This document shows positions 45,221 to 54,103 of a DNA stretch of 64,000 nucleotides, piece after piece. The position numbers and the translations under genes are program-made. Position 1 is the stretch's first letter. Each line of letters begins with the position of its first letter. The notes beneath the pieces were generated by a model that saw only the letters and a list, made by a program, of their open reading frames with translations, did not search any database and was not told the origin of the DNA. The DNA is from Poseidonia sp. Its GTDB lineage: Archaea; Thermoplasmatota; Poseidoniia; Poseidoniales; Poseidoniaceae. Where the stretch lies: assembly GCA_016778305.1 (NCBI GenBank), contig JADHPT010000002.1, positions 94,610 through 158,609 of the forward strand, read 5' to 3'.

Positions 45221-48196
45221 TTGAAGCACGAATGCGACGACAATATGATGAGCGAGCGCAAGCCATGGGCGAAAACCAATACGAAAGCCAGTTTTGGCTT
45301 TGTCCTCCTGCTCCTGTTTTCCTCTCTTGGAGCGCTCCTTACAAGCCCAACCAGCAGTGCTGTTGTATCGGGTTCGCTCGGATTGACGGATTCGGCATCC
45401 CCCACCGAAGATTCGTGGCATTCTTCCTTTGACACCATGACCTTATCAGTAGAGGTTAGCAATCTTTACGGGACACCATCTCCTACCAACCGAGGGTTGG
45501 CATGGTATGCTTGTGAAGGTGAGGTCACATCATCGGCATGCAAGTCAAATTATGATGAAAAAGGACTCTTTTCAATCGGTAGCATTCCTGCCTCGACTTC
45601 AATCGTCTTCACCTCAACAGATGCCTGGATCCCCGGAGGGAGCGCAGAAGGAGCCTACACCGTAGTGTTCGCCTTTGATGAAAACGACCAGAACCCTTCC
45701 GATGATGAATTGGTATTCAATGTCAACATCACGAACTTTTACGCTGATGCCATGGTTAACGAACAACACAATCCTCTCGAAACTATTGACAACTTAGCCA
45801 CATATAACGGTAGCAGCGTCCTAAATACTGGTACAGATTATGCTTTCAATGCTCGAGGCCAAGCCACGATTTGTTCAGGTTGCTTCTTTGATGCAAACTT
45901 TGGCTGGCAACTTTGGGATGCAAGTGACAGCATGATGTTGAGAGAAGCCTACAGGAACATCTCAACCCTGCCTGCATGGGGAGGAATGTCCCCTTTCAAC
46001 ATCAACCTCCCTGCATTTTCTTTCAACCAGGAGGGAGAATATCTTCTCAAGTGGGGTGTGTTTTCGAGCACAGGAAACCCGTATGGAGACCTCAACGCAG
46101 CCAACAACTTAGCGTCTACATTATTGGTGCTCGACGACAGCATTGATCTCCAAGTTGTCGATGTATACCCCAGCCATAACTCCCAAGCATCAACCTTCTA
46201 TTACGGAACTGACCGTGTCAAGGCGGACATACTCAATCAAGGGAATATGTCTGTTGAGAACATTACCGCAGCCTTCGAAGTTTACGACGGTCAATTCCAA
46301 ATGGAGGTTCAAGATTCATGCGAGATCCCATTGCTTCACCCCGGTGAAAGCATCACGTGTTCCTTCAATCTTACAACAACAGGTACAAGTCGCCTGTTGC
46401 GGGTTCAACTGCCTACCATCTACCAAGCGGGGGAAGATGTACGAATGGCTGACAACCTCTTTTCCTTCAATGCAAATGTCGAAACAGGCGCCATTAACCC
46501 CTACGTGCAAACCAATGCTATAGACAACATTTACGAGAGTTCAGATGATATTGAACTGGTCGGTCGATTTAGTAGCATAGCCTCCCAACCACTCAATTAC
46601 ACGTGGCGTGAGGGATTCTACATCTGGGGTAACGGCCAGATGCTCAACAAAACTGGTGAAACCTTCGGGCTCGGCCACCACAACCTCACCCTCGAAGTAA
46701 GAGACCCCTTTGGCAATACTGAATACACCTATGTTGAATTTGATGTACTTAATTCAATCAACCTGAGCGTTGACCCGTACTGGACTGGCTATGCTGTAAC
46801 CGAGCAAGAGGCGGACTTTGAACATGAAATCGCTTTACCCTATTTGGGTAGCAATTACGGCATAGGTGAAGGAAAGTCACCACTGATGATGATTTCCATT
46901 GACATCACACCAGCAATCGGTGATGACATGGTCCTACGGGAAATGTATTTGGATCTGAATTTGAGCCAACTACTGCCACCAAATATTGACCAATCAACCG
47001 TTGATTTGAGATATCTTCCAACGCTTGATTCAACTCTTTGGACCTACATTGAAGGCCTCGATAGTTATTCAATTGATGAAGCAGGTATGGCAAGCCTTTC
47101 ACTCACCAAAGAAGGCGTGATTCTCATCGTTGGCGTCCTACCCGAAACCAACGTTACGGTTGACAATTTGAATTGGACTCGAATTTCAGGTGGACAAATT
47201 GATTTGAATTGGACAGCAGTGGGAGACATCACAAATCCATATGTCGGAGGCTGGAATATCTACAAACTGCAAGGTCTATCAGGAACGACCTTCTTCCCCG
47301 ACCCGCAAGCTGGCATCAGTGAATTCATCTGGGAAGAATTAACGCGGGACTCACTCGTGACGACCATGGCACTCACTGACGAATCGTGGCTTGACCCTGA
47401 ACCTTTGCCAACCGGTATCTGTGCATCGTATTCCATTATACCAATCGACAGAGAAGGGAATCCAAATTACGAGATGGCTGAGATTGCTCGAGTTGATGGT
47501 ATTGCTGGCCTTGTTTGTGGGGATGCAATCCCTCCGACAACCTCAATCATTCAATTCAATCACCAATGGAGTTTTACCAACGACACTGATTGCTTTGATT
47601 ACAAGAAAGACTGGTCCTTGTGCTACGTTGTGAACCTGTCCTGGACGTGGCCCGATCATGAAGCCCAAGGGGAACTCACGTGGAACCTTTACCGACTGGA
47701 GTATGCTCCCAACAACGTTGACTTGAAATTCATTACTCCAATTGCAACTGAACTCTCAGGGACACCCGGAGAACAAGGTGCATTCAATCAGAGTGGCATG
47801 CAAATTGATGGCGTTCGCCCCTATCGCACCTACTACTATGTCCTCGCCCCTATCGACAGCGTAGGCAATGAACAAATGATTGCAGACTACCCGTCAGACA
47901 ATGTTGAACGCGTCTCCATTCAAGACGACTGGTGGACCTACAATCAACATCTCATCCCGCCAGAGCCCGAACCTCCCGAACCACCTCTTGGCATTCCCTG
48001 GCTGCAAAAATTAAACGATGCGACCCAGGTCTCTGAATTCCAATTCGCTGGTTTTGCACTGCTCGGTATCTTCGTTCTCAACGCCATCCTCCTCCCACTC
48101 CTACTCAAGAAGCGAAAGCGCCTCAAGAGAGTCATCGATGCACGAAAGCGCAACATCAAAGCCTCCGATGACGAATTCGATGACTTCTTCGAATGA
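45221..48196 (+). CDS. large secreted, C-terminally membrane-anchored surface protein (adhesin/S-layer-like), sequon-rich
   Basis: The N-terminal signal-like ASFGFVLLLLFSSLGALLTSPTSSA is followed by ~930 aa rich in beta-type segments and many N-x-S/T sites (NITNF, NGSS, NISTL, NMSV, NLTT, NYTW, NKTG, NLTL, NLSV, NVTV, NWTR...). The C-terminal TM FAGFALLGIFVLNAILLPLLL is followed by KKRKRLKR and an acidic tail. Confidence 0.75.
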   Translation: MKHECDDNMMSERKPWAKTNTKASFGFVLLLLFSSLGALLTSPTSSAVVSGSLGLTDSASPTEDSWHSSFDTMTLSVEVSNLYGTPSPTNRGLAWYACEGEVTSSACKSNYDEKGLFSIGSIPASTSIVFTSTDAWIPGGSAEGAYTVVFAFDENDQNPSDDELVFNVNITNFYADAMVNEQHNPLETIDNLATYNGSSVLNTGTDYAFNARGQATICSGCFFDANFGWQLWDASDSMMLREAYRNISTLPAWGGMSPFNINLPAFSFNQEGEYLLKWGVFSSTGNPYGDLNAANNLASTLLVLDDSIDLQVVDVYPSHNSQASTFYYGTDRVKADILNQGNMSVENITAAFEVYDGQFQMEVQDSCEIPLLHPGESITCSFNLTTTGTSRLLRVQLPTIYQAGEDVRMADNLFSFNANVETGAINPYVQTNAIDNIYESSDDIELVGRFSSIASQPLNYTWREGFYIWGNGQMLNKTGETFGLGHHNLTLEVRDPFGNTEYTYVEFDVLNSINLSVDPYWTGYAVTEQEADFEHEIALPYLGSNYGIGEGKSPLMMISIDITPAIGDDMVLREMYLDLNLSQLLPPNIDQSTVDLRYLPTLDSTLWTYIEGLDSYSIDEAGMASLSLTKEGVILIVGVLPETNVTVDNLNWTRISGGQIDLNWTAVGDITNPYVGGWNIYKLQGLSGTTFFPDPQAGISEFIWEELTRDSLVTTMALTDESWLDPEPLPTGICASYSIIPIDREGNPNYEMAEIARVDGIAGLVCGDAIPPTTSIIQFNHQWSFTNDTDCFDYKKDWSLCYVVNLSWTWPDHEAQGELTWNLYRLEYAPNNVDLKFITPIATELSGTPGEQGAFNQSGMQIDGVRPYRTYYYVLAPIDSVGNEQMIADYPSDNVERVSIQDDWWTYNQHLIPPEPEPPEPPLGIPWLQKLNDATQVSEFQFAGFALLGIFVLNAILLPLLLKKRKRLKRVIDARKRNIKASDDEFDDFFE

Positions 48197-48200
48197 AGTT

Positions 48201-48287
48201 TGGCGCGGCAGGGGAGATTCGAACTCCCGAGGTGAGACACCACTGGATTAGCAATCCAGCGCAATGGCCAGGCTATGCGACTGCCGC
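48201..48287 (-). tRNA. tRNA-Ser (anticodon GCU), class II with long variable arm, CCA encoded
   Basis: The reverse complement folds by hand. The acceptor GCGGCAG/CTGCCGC forms 7 bp. The D-arm is GCA...TGC with AGCCTGGCCA in the loop. The anticodon stem is CTGGA/TCCAG with loop TTGCTAA. The variable arm is GGTG-TCT-CACC. The T-arm is GGGAG-TTCGAAT-CTCCC. The discriminator is G and the 3' CCA is encoded. Confidence 0.95.
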
Positions 48288-48365
48288 TCGCAAACTTGGC
48301 GACCCAAGGTCTTCTCATGAACATGACGGTGGTCAACACTTCAGTCATTCAAGTACCATGAAGCC

Positions 48366-49385
48366 TCAAAGAGGGCCAAGCGGACCGAGCATGGAACTGG
48401 GAATGAAGATGATGAGAACCAGTGATAAGAACATCCACCCGAGGTAATACAGGCTTCTGAAAAACGATTTCGCTGCTTTCGGCATTCGACCGTTTTCATC
48501 AAAGGGCTCATTTGGATCAATCGCCCACACAGATGCTGCATACCAGAGAGTCAAGCCTCCAGAGACAAAGGCCCAAAGAAGTGGTAGGCCAGATTCAGGC
48601 CAGAAGCAGGGTACTGACCCCAACAAAAAGAGCAACATGCAGTAGATCTTAGCTTGCTTGAGGGTGTATTCAGGCCCTTTGACCTCATTCATCATGGGAA
48701 TGTTGACCTTCCCGTATTCGCCTGAACGGTACAGAGCAAGCGCCCAGAAATGAGGGGGCGTCCACAAGAAAATCAAGAAAAAGAATACCCACGGAATTGG
48801 AGAACCAAGGGCGAGCATGCTCCCTCCTGCTATGGAGTCACCTGCTGCTGCTGCCCATCCAATCAGTGGGGGAGTTGCACCTGCAATACCGCCGATGACA
48901 ATGTTTTGTGGTGTACGACGTTTGAGCCACATTGAGTAAACAAAAACGTAGAACAACACTGAAAACAAGGACCAAAAGGCTGCTTTCACGCTTACCAAGA
49001 GAAAGAGGCTGGAACCGACCAGAGCAATGATGCTACCAAAAACCAGAGCAAACTGAGGCGTTGCATGTCCTTGGGGAACGGGGCGATTCATGGTACGGCG
49101 CATGTGGGGGTCAATGTCAGCATCGTACCACATGTTGATGGCGTTGGAACCACCAGCGGACAAGGTCCCACCTACCACAGTAAGAGCGATGGTGCCAAAG
49201 GTATCTATCCAAGAACGATCGAGTTGGATGACATCGTAGCGTGCGAGCGTATCGTGAACCAATATCGCACAAATCGCAGTGATCTGAAGCAGGACAATGA
49301 CTCGGAGTTTCATCAATCGAATCATGACCTTCAAGAGGCCGGGGTGTTCAAGTTCAGAGGTTTCTGAAGCTTGAGAATCTGTCAT
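48366..49385 (-). CDS. ctaB: protoheme IX farnesyltransferase (heme O synthase)
   Basis: Polytopic UbiA-family protein with NMWYDADIDPHMRRTMNRP (the D-rich prenyl-diphosphate motif) and GGIAGATPPLIGWAAA. The start overlaps the ctaA stop (ATGA at 49382-49385). Confidence 0.9.
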   Translation of the reverse strand: MTDSQASETSELEHPGLLKVMIRLMKLRVIVLLQITAICAILVHDTLARYDVIQLDRSWIDTFGTIALTVVGGTLSAGGSNAINMWYDADIDPHMRRTMNRPVPQGHATPQFALVFGSIIALVGSSLFLLVSVKAAFWSLFSVLFYVFVYSMWLKRRTPQNIVIGGIAGATPPLIGWAAAAGDSIAGGSMLALGSPIPWVFFFLIFLWTPPHFWALALYRSGEYGKVNIPMMNEVKGPEYTLKQAKIYCMLLFLLGSVPCFWPESGLPLLWAFVSGGLTLWYAASVWAIDPNEPFDENGRMPKAAKSFFRSLYYLGWMFLSLVLIIFIPSSMLGPLGPL

Positions 49386-50452
49386 TCTTGCTCAGCCCCG
49401 AGGATTCGGTTTGATTCTGAACAAAAGCGCATGCAGAACATCAAAAACACGGCAGACAGGAATGCTCCAACTCCGACGACAAGGTGGAGAAGAGAAAGCC
49501 ACTCCGGGAAATCTCCGACCTTTGCGAAAACGATGTATGAACCACCGACCATGACGTTGACCAGCCAAATACCGGTGGTGATTTCTCCAAACCGAACCAA
49601 TTCCTTTGCTCCATCTCGCCCCTCTGAAGAGGTACGGAGGTTTGATACGCCGAGAATCAGAACCAACCCAACCACAAGAGCTCCAAATCGATGAATCATT
49701 TGAATGAAAATCCCTGGGCCTTCAATCGAAGGAAGGAAGGAACCTTGACATTGAGGCCACCCCGTTGGGAAGCCAACCGAGCAACTTTGGTTGTATTGTC
49801 CTCCAGCAGAGGATGAAACCCAAGCACCAAGAACCAACAACAAGCCTACGGCTCCAGCCATTGCGTTGGCTCGGGAGGTGTGGGCGTTCACAAAGTCCGG
49901 AGGTGAACGGAGGAAGGCCCATCGTGCCCCCTCCCGTATTCTCATTTCCATGAATTGCCAAAGCAAACCTGCGGTGAAGATACAAGCGAGTGATAGGTGG
50001 AGCGCAACGGTCCAATCCGCATTGTCATAACGTACGGTAATGTATCCAGCAGTGGCCTGAATAACCAACAAGGTCGCAGAGAACACCGAACTTTGAACCA
50101 CCCGTTTACCATAGGTCTGCCGTGTTCTGTATGCTAACAACACGTTCAAGATGATGGGCAAAGCGATAACACCGACTAAAAACCGATGAAACCACTCAAC
50201 AAAAATTTGGAAGGTGGTGTAACGGTGGTCTTCGCCTCGCGAATCGATTTGTTCAGGATTCTCATCCCAATACGCCTCCTGCTCTTCTTCGGATACATCA
50301 AAATGCCAGGTTCCAAAGCAGGTAGGCCATTCAGGGCAGGACTCACCTGCGTCATTGATTCGGATGCTCCCACCGACGATAACAATGAGCAGGGCCATAA
50401 CGGCCAGAACCAGCGGGAGGGTTGACGGGCGACGCCAAACCGACTGTTCCAT
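49382..50452 (-). CDS. ctaA: heme A synthase (COX15/CtaA)
   Basis: GGSIRINDAGESCPEWPTCFG (Cys pair) and conserved His-bearing helices (VEWFHRFL, ALHLSLA, IHRFGALV, LLHLVVG). ATG 50452 is preferred; the ORF-track start 50485 is TTG. Confidence 0.88.
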   Translation of the reverse strand: MEQSVWRRPSTLPLVLAVMALLIVIVGGSIRINDAGESCPEWPTCFGTWHFDVSEEEQEAYWDENPEQIDSRGEDHRYTTFQIFVEWFHRFLVGVIALPIILNVLLAYRTRQTYGKRVVQSSVFSATLLVIQATAGYITVRYDNADWTVALHLSLACIFTAGLLWQFMEMRIREGARWAFLRSPPDFVNAHTSRANAMAGAVGLLLVLGAWVSSSAGGQYNQSCSVGFPTGWPQCQGSFLPSIEGPGIFIQMIHRFGALVVGLVLILGVSNLRTSSEGRDGAKELVRFGEITTGIWLVNVMVGGSYIVFAKVGDFPEWLSLLHLVVGVGAFLSAVFLMFCMRFCSESNRILGAEQE

Positions 50453-50485
50453 GTTGCACCGTGGGAGCAGACCCCTTTTGAACAA

Positions 50486-51415
50486 ATGCCTCCACCCCTG
50501 TGCATGGGGTCGGCCTTTCGTATGGCTTTGGTGCTGGCCGTTTTGATGTGCATTCCGTCATATATCTCACAGTCCCAACCCGTTGAAGATACCTCGGAAA
50601 CAACCCAAGGCCATCTCCTTGATGTCCGCTACCTTTCCTACGAATGTCTGACCTCCTCAATGTGCGAACCGACTCAACCCGATCACCTCATCGAATACTT
50701 CAGTGCAGATTGGTGCGAGCCTTGCCTTCAGGTCTCAGATCAACTGAACAATTACAGCGAACCTACGAGCGTGATTCTACAACATCACCCCTCGACGTTG
50801 GACGAGACGTTTCTGTCCGATTCAAAATTGCGCTTTGACATCGAGTACCGCTTGCTATTCTATCCATCGATCGTTGTTGATGGCTCCTTCCTGCTCACGG
50901 GCTCACGCCAAGCCATGGACCTCAACACCACCGCGGCAAACTCAACCGCCAATTGGAGTGGTTTTGATTCTATAGAGTACGCCAATGGCTCGCTGTCATG
51001 GAATGCCTCAAGCGGCGATGTCGTGCGGATATGGAAACTTGAACCGACACCTCATACCACTCTTAACCGAATGCATAGCAACCTTGCTCGCCACCTCATA
51101 TCGGTCCCGTTGAATGGTTCATCCGTACCCTTCGACATGAGTGATCTAGCCGAAAATACGAGTTTTGTAGTCATGCTCGAAAACGAGGGTGTTCGTCATC
51201 TCAGTGCAGGCTCTTTGGCGCCTACTGGACTTGTTGATGTCAGCCCAGTGGATGAAATGGATACTGCCTCCGCCTCCTCAATGGCTCCTTCAAATCTTGC
51301 TCTGATCGTCGCCGCTTTCCTCATCGCTTTGTTGACCCCAGCCTTCATTCTTCAACGCAATGTAATGATAGGAAACCGACAACAAGATCTCATGGTGAGC
51401 CAGGCAGAGGAGTGA
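50486..51415 (+). CDS. secreted/membrane-anchored thioredoxin-fold protein (WCxxC)
   Basis: A signal-like [17 protein letters not shown] is followed by [17 protein letters not shown], a thioredoxin CxxC active site. The C-terminal TM is [19 protein letters not shown]. The gene is divergent from ctaA. ATGs at 50504 and 50522 are alternative starts. Confidence 0.7.
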   Translation: MPPPLCMGSAFRMALVLAVLMCIPSYISQSQPVEDTSETTQGHLLDVRYLSYECLTSSMCEPTQPDHLIEYFSADWCEPCLQVSDQLNNYSEPTSVILQHHPSTLDETFLSDSKLRFDIEYRLLFYPSIVVDGSFLLTGSRQAMDLNTTAANSTANWSGFDSIEYANGSLSWNASSGDVVRIWKLEPTPHTTLNRMHSNLARHLISVPLNGSSVPFDMSDLAENTSFVVMLENEGVRHLSAGSLAPTGLVDVSPVDEMDTASASSMAPSNLALIVAAFLIALLTPAFILQRNVMIGNRQQDLMVSQAEE

Positions 51416-51476
51416 GGTAGGTTCAAAAAGAGTAGGTCGCTCGGCTACTTGCGAATTACGTTCGCAGGTGCCCACC

Positions 51477-51728
51477 ATGGTCAAGCCAGCACGACTCCAC
51501 ACACGATTTGAACGAGCACGAATTATTGGCGCACGCGCCCTCCAAATTGGAATGGGTGCCCCTCTCTACGCCACCGAAGAAATCCTTCGTGACGAATTCA
51601 AGGAAGAATTGATTTCTCTCTACGGTCTTGAAGAAGCTGCCATTCGTTTCGTACTTGACCCTCTCAAGATCGCTCTCTATGAATATGAGAATCACTTGAT
51701 TCCCATTGACATTGACCCTCACGAATGA
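51477..51728 (+). CDS. rpoK: DNA-directed RNA polymerase subunit K (Rpo6)
   Basis: [21 protein letters not shown] plus [17 protein letters not shown] are the RpoK/Rpb6 motifs. ATG at 51477; the ORF-track start 51468 is GTG. An insertion of ~25 aa separates the two motifs. Confidence 0.88.
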   Translation: MVKPARLHTRFERARIIGARALQIGMGAPLYATEEILRDEFKEELISLYGLEEAAIRFVLDPLKIALYEYENHLIPIDIDPHE

Positions 51729-52825
51729 GGTGAGCCATCTGAGGAAAAGCCGTAAAACTCGGCTTCCCTGACATCTGGCAATTGCTCTCGCTTTACCAAA
51801 AGGGTACGAACCGCCCATAAATCAACGAACACGCGGTACTTTGTGGTAGCGTCGAGGTAATCAACGCCGCTCGAGCCACCTGTACCCATTCGACGCCCAA
51901 TCATCCGTTCAACCATGCGTGCGTGGTGTGTCCGGAAGAGCAACATCGATTGTTCGAGTTCAACGAAGCTGTCAATGAGCCGACGTGGCCATGACAAAAG
52001 AGGTAAATCACGATATGATTCAATGAAGAGAAGCCCCGCACGCGCCCTGTGGAGTATTCCTTCCGGCAGGAGGAAGGCCTCTGCTCCAATCCGGCTGGAT
52101 TCAATGCGTGGACGTATGCTCGCCTCGTCCCCGTGACCAATGGCCACCATGTGGGCAATAACTTCCTCTCCGTGAAGTTGCATAGCCTCGAGGTGCCCTG
52201 AAACATAATCCATCACTGATTCATGGTCGTCCTTCGAATCTGGGGTCGAACCGTGAATGGGTGTTCGCGCCAACCAAGCGATCAATGCATCATTGAGAGA
52301 TGGCGATTGATGGGTATTTTGATAATCCTTCAAGGCCTGTTGGGGAACCTTTCCTTCTTGGGCTAACTTTTCCATGTGAGCCAGAGGGTCCATTCCACCA
52401 ACACGCTGCTCTTGTTCCAACCCCAAAAGGATTTCAAGTTCACGCATTTGCCAGGATTCAAATCCTGAGGAGGTGCCCAACCTATCTCTGAAAGCAAGGA
52501 AATCTTGAGGTGCGAGTGTTTCCATCACCTTCCACTGGTCTGCCAAAAGCCGAAATATCTCACTTACGCGTTCAAGATGCCTGACGATTTTGGGAATGGT
52601 ATGTTCTTCCACTTTGTCTTGAACCAGGAGTTCACGAGCTTCTTTGAGTTCTCTTAGGATTAACTTGAACCACAACTCAAAGGTTTGGTGAACGACAATG
52701 AAATGCATTTCATCGTGGGATGGCGCTGGAGAATAGCCCTCTGGACCATCTTGTAATTTCAACAAGGATTCTAATTGGAGGTAATTCCCATATGTCATCC
52801 GATGCGAGGGAGGGTTGCCGACCAT
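51719..52825 (-). CDS. kynA: tryptophan 2,3-dioxygenase
   Basis: [14 protein letters not shown]...[24 protein letters not shown] matches the bacterial TDO N-terminal signature, and later [11 protein letters not shown] is the heme-proximal region. The start is uncertain (ATG 52825 used; ATG 52798 or GTG 52849 possible). The gene overlaps convergent rpoK by 10 nt. Confidence 0.85.
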   Translation of the reverse strand: MVGNPPSHRMTYGNYLQLESLLKLQDGPEGYSPAPSHDEMHFIVVHQTFELWFKLILRELKEARELLVQDKVEEHTIPKIVRHLERVSEIFRLLADQWKVMETLAPQDFLAFRDRLGTSSGFESWQMRELEILLGLEQEQRVGGMDPLAHMEKLAQEGKVPQQALKDYQNTHQSPSLNDALIAWLARTPIHGSTPDSKDDHESVMDYVSGHLEAMQLHGEEVIAHMVAIGHGDEASIRPRIESSRIGAEAFLLPEGILHRARAGLLFIESYRDLPLLSWPRRLIDSFVELEQSMLLFRTHHARMVERMIGRRMGTGGSSGVDYLDATTKYRVFVDLWAVRTLLVKREQLPDVREAEFYGFSSDGSPHS

Positions 52826-52985
52826 GATGCACCTTGTGACAGAGACCACATGAACCCTTCACTCACTTCTTCAATACAGACGCCTTCAACAGGTGATTCC
52901 CCCCTCGCCATTGAGACAATTTGAATCTCTTTGCTATAGCGATTGAATACATAACCCTCATAGAGCGAATACGAAACCCGTCCTT

Positions 52986-54098
52986 ATGGGCGTACCAATA
53001 GAAGCAGTGCGAAATTGGCTCGCTGACTACGACAAAGACGCCATAACCATTGGCGTGGTTGCTTCGCACTCATCGCTTCAGATCCTCCACGGTGCCCGTC
53101 AAGAGGGTTTCAAAACTCTCGGTATTGCAGTCGGAGAAAATCGACGTCGCTTCTACAAAGCCTTCCCAGGAGCAGACCCTGATGAATGGCTCATGCTTGA
53201 TGACTACCGTGAAATGCTTGACCATGCAGATTGGTTCCGCGAAAAGAACGTTATTATCGTACCACATGGTTCTCTTGTCGAATATTTAGGTGCCACAAAT
53301 TTCAGAAATTTGAACGTCCCAACCTTCGGGAATCGCAACATCTTGCACTGGGAAAGCAGCCGTGCCCTGCAGCGTCAATGGTTGGAAAGCGGGGGCTGTA
53401 CGATGCCGCAAGTGATCGAAGACCCGCACAAAATCGATGGACCTGTAATTGTCAAGTATGCCGGAGCAAAGGGTGGGAGAGGCTACTTTATCGCCAGAGA
53501 CTACCGAGACTTCCGCCGAAACGTTGACATCGAAGAGGAATTTACTATCCAGGAATATGTTCTTGGATGTCGCTATTATCTGCATTTCTTCTTTGACCCG
53601 CTTTCAACAGACGGTTATCAAGTCCAAGGACGAGGTGCACATGCGGGAACATCACTGGGTCGACTCGAATTGCTTTCAATGGACCGTCGGGACGAGAGCA
53701 ACGTTGATGAATTTTACAAATTGGGTTCACTGCGCGACCTCCGTGAAATGTCACTGGAACCTTCCTTTGTGGTCACAGGCAACCAACCAGTTGTCATCCG
53801 TGAATCCTTGTTGCCAAAGGCCTTTGAAATGGCAGAAGGGACTGTTGCTGCATCCTACAACCTTGAGGAAGCGTCTCGTGGTATGCTCGGACCATTCTGT
53901 CTCGAGACCATTGTTACCGACCAACTCGAATTCAAGGTATTCGAGATCAGTGCGCGTATTGTAGCGGGCTCCAACCCCTTCGTTGGAGGTTCACCCTACT
54001 CAGACATCAACGAACCCTTCATGTCAACCGGACGGCGGATTGCTCGCTCGATCAAGAAGGCCCTTGAAGCAGGCCGTTTGGATGAGATCGTCTCCTGA
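52986..54098 (+). CDS. purP: 5-formaminoimidazole-4-carboxamide ribonucleotide (FAICAR) synthetase PurP
   Basis: ITIGVVASHSSLQILHGARQEGFKTLGI...VIIVPHGSLVEYLG...VIVKYAGAKGGRGYFIA is the archaeal ATP-grasp PurP pattern. Confidence 0.9.
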   Translation: MGVPIEAVRNWLADYDKDAITIGVVASHSSLQILHGARQEGFKTLGIAVGENRRRFYKAFPGADPDEWLMLDDYREMLDHADWFREKNVIIVPHGSLVEYLGATNFRNLNVPTFGNRNILHWESSRALQRQWLESGGCTMPQVIEDPHKIDGPVIVKYAGAKGGRGYFIARDYRDFRRNVDIEEEFTIQEYVLGCRYYLHFFFDPLSTDGYQVQGRGAHAGTSLGRLELLSMDRRDESNVDEFYKLGSLRDLREMSLEPSFVVTGNQPVVIRESLLPKAFEMAEGTVAASYNLEEASRGMLGPFCLETIVTDQLEFKVFEISARIVAGSNPFVGGSPYSDINEPFMSTGRRIARSIKKALEAGRLDEIVS

Positions 54099-54103
54099 TT
54101 GGT

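Noticed and set aside
48050-48196. A PGF-CTERM/archaeosortase-like sorting signal in the surface protein (…EFQFAGFALLGIFVLNAILLPLLLKKRKR…).
   Set aside because: The motif is AGF rather than PGF. About 30 further residues, including an acidic tail, follow the basic cluster, whereas PGF-CTERM signals end right after it. An ordinary C-terminal TM anchor is the simpler reading.
48193-48447. An 84-aa plus-strand ORF spanning the tRNA locus.
   Set aside because: It overlaps the tRNA-Ser gene and the 3' end of ctaB, and I recognise no motif in its translation, so it is very likely spurious.
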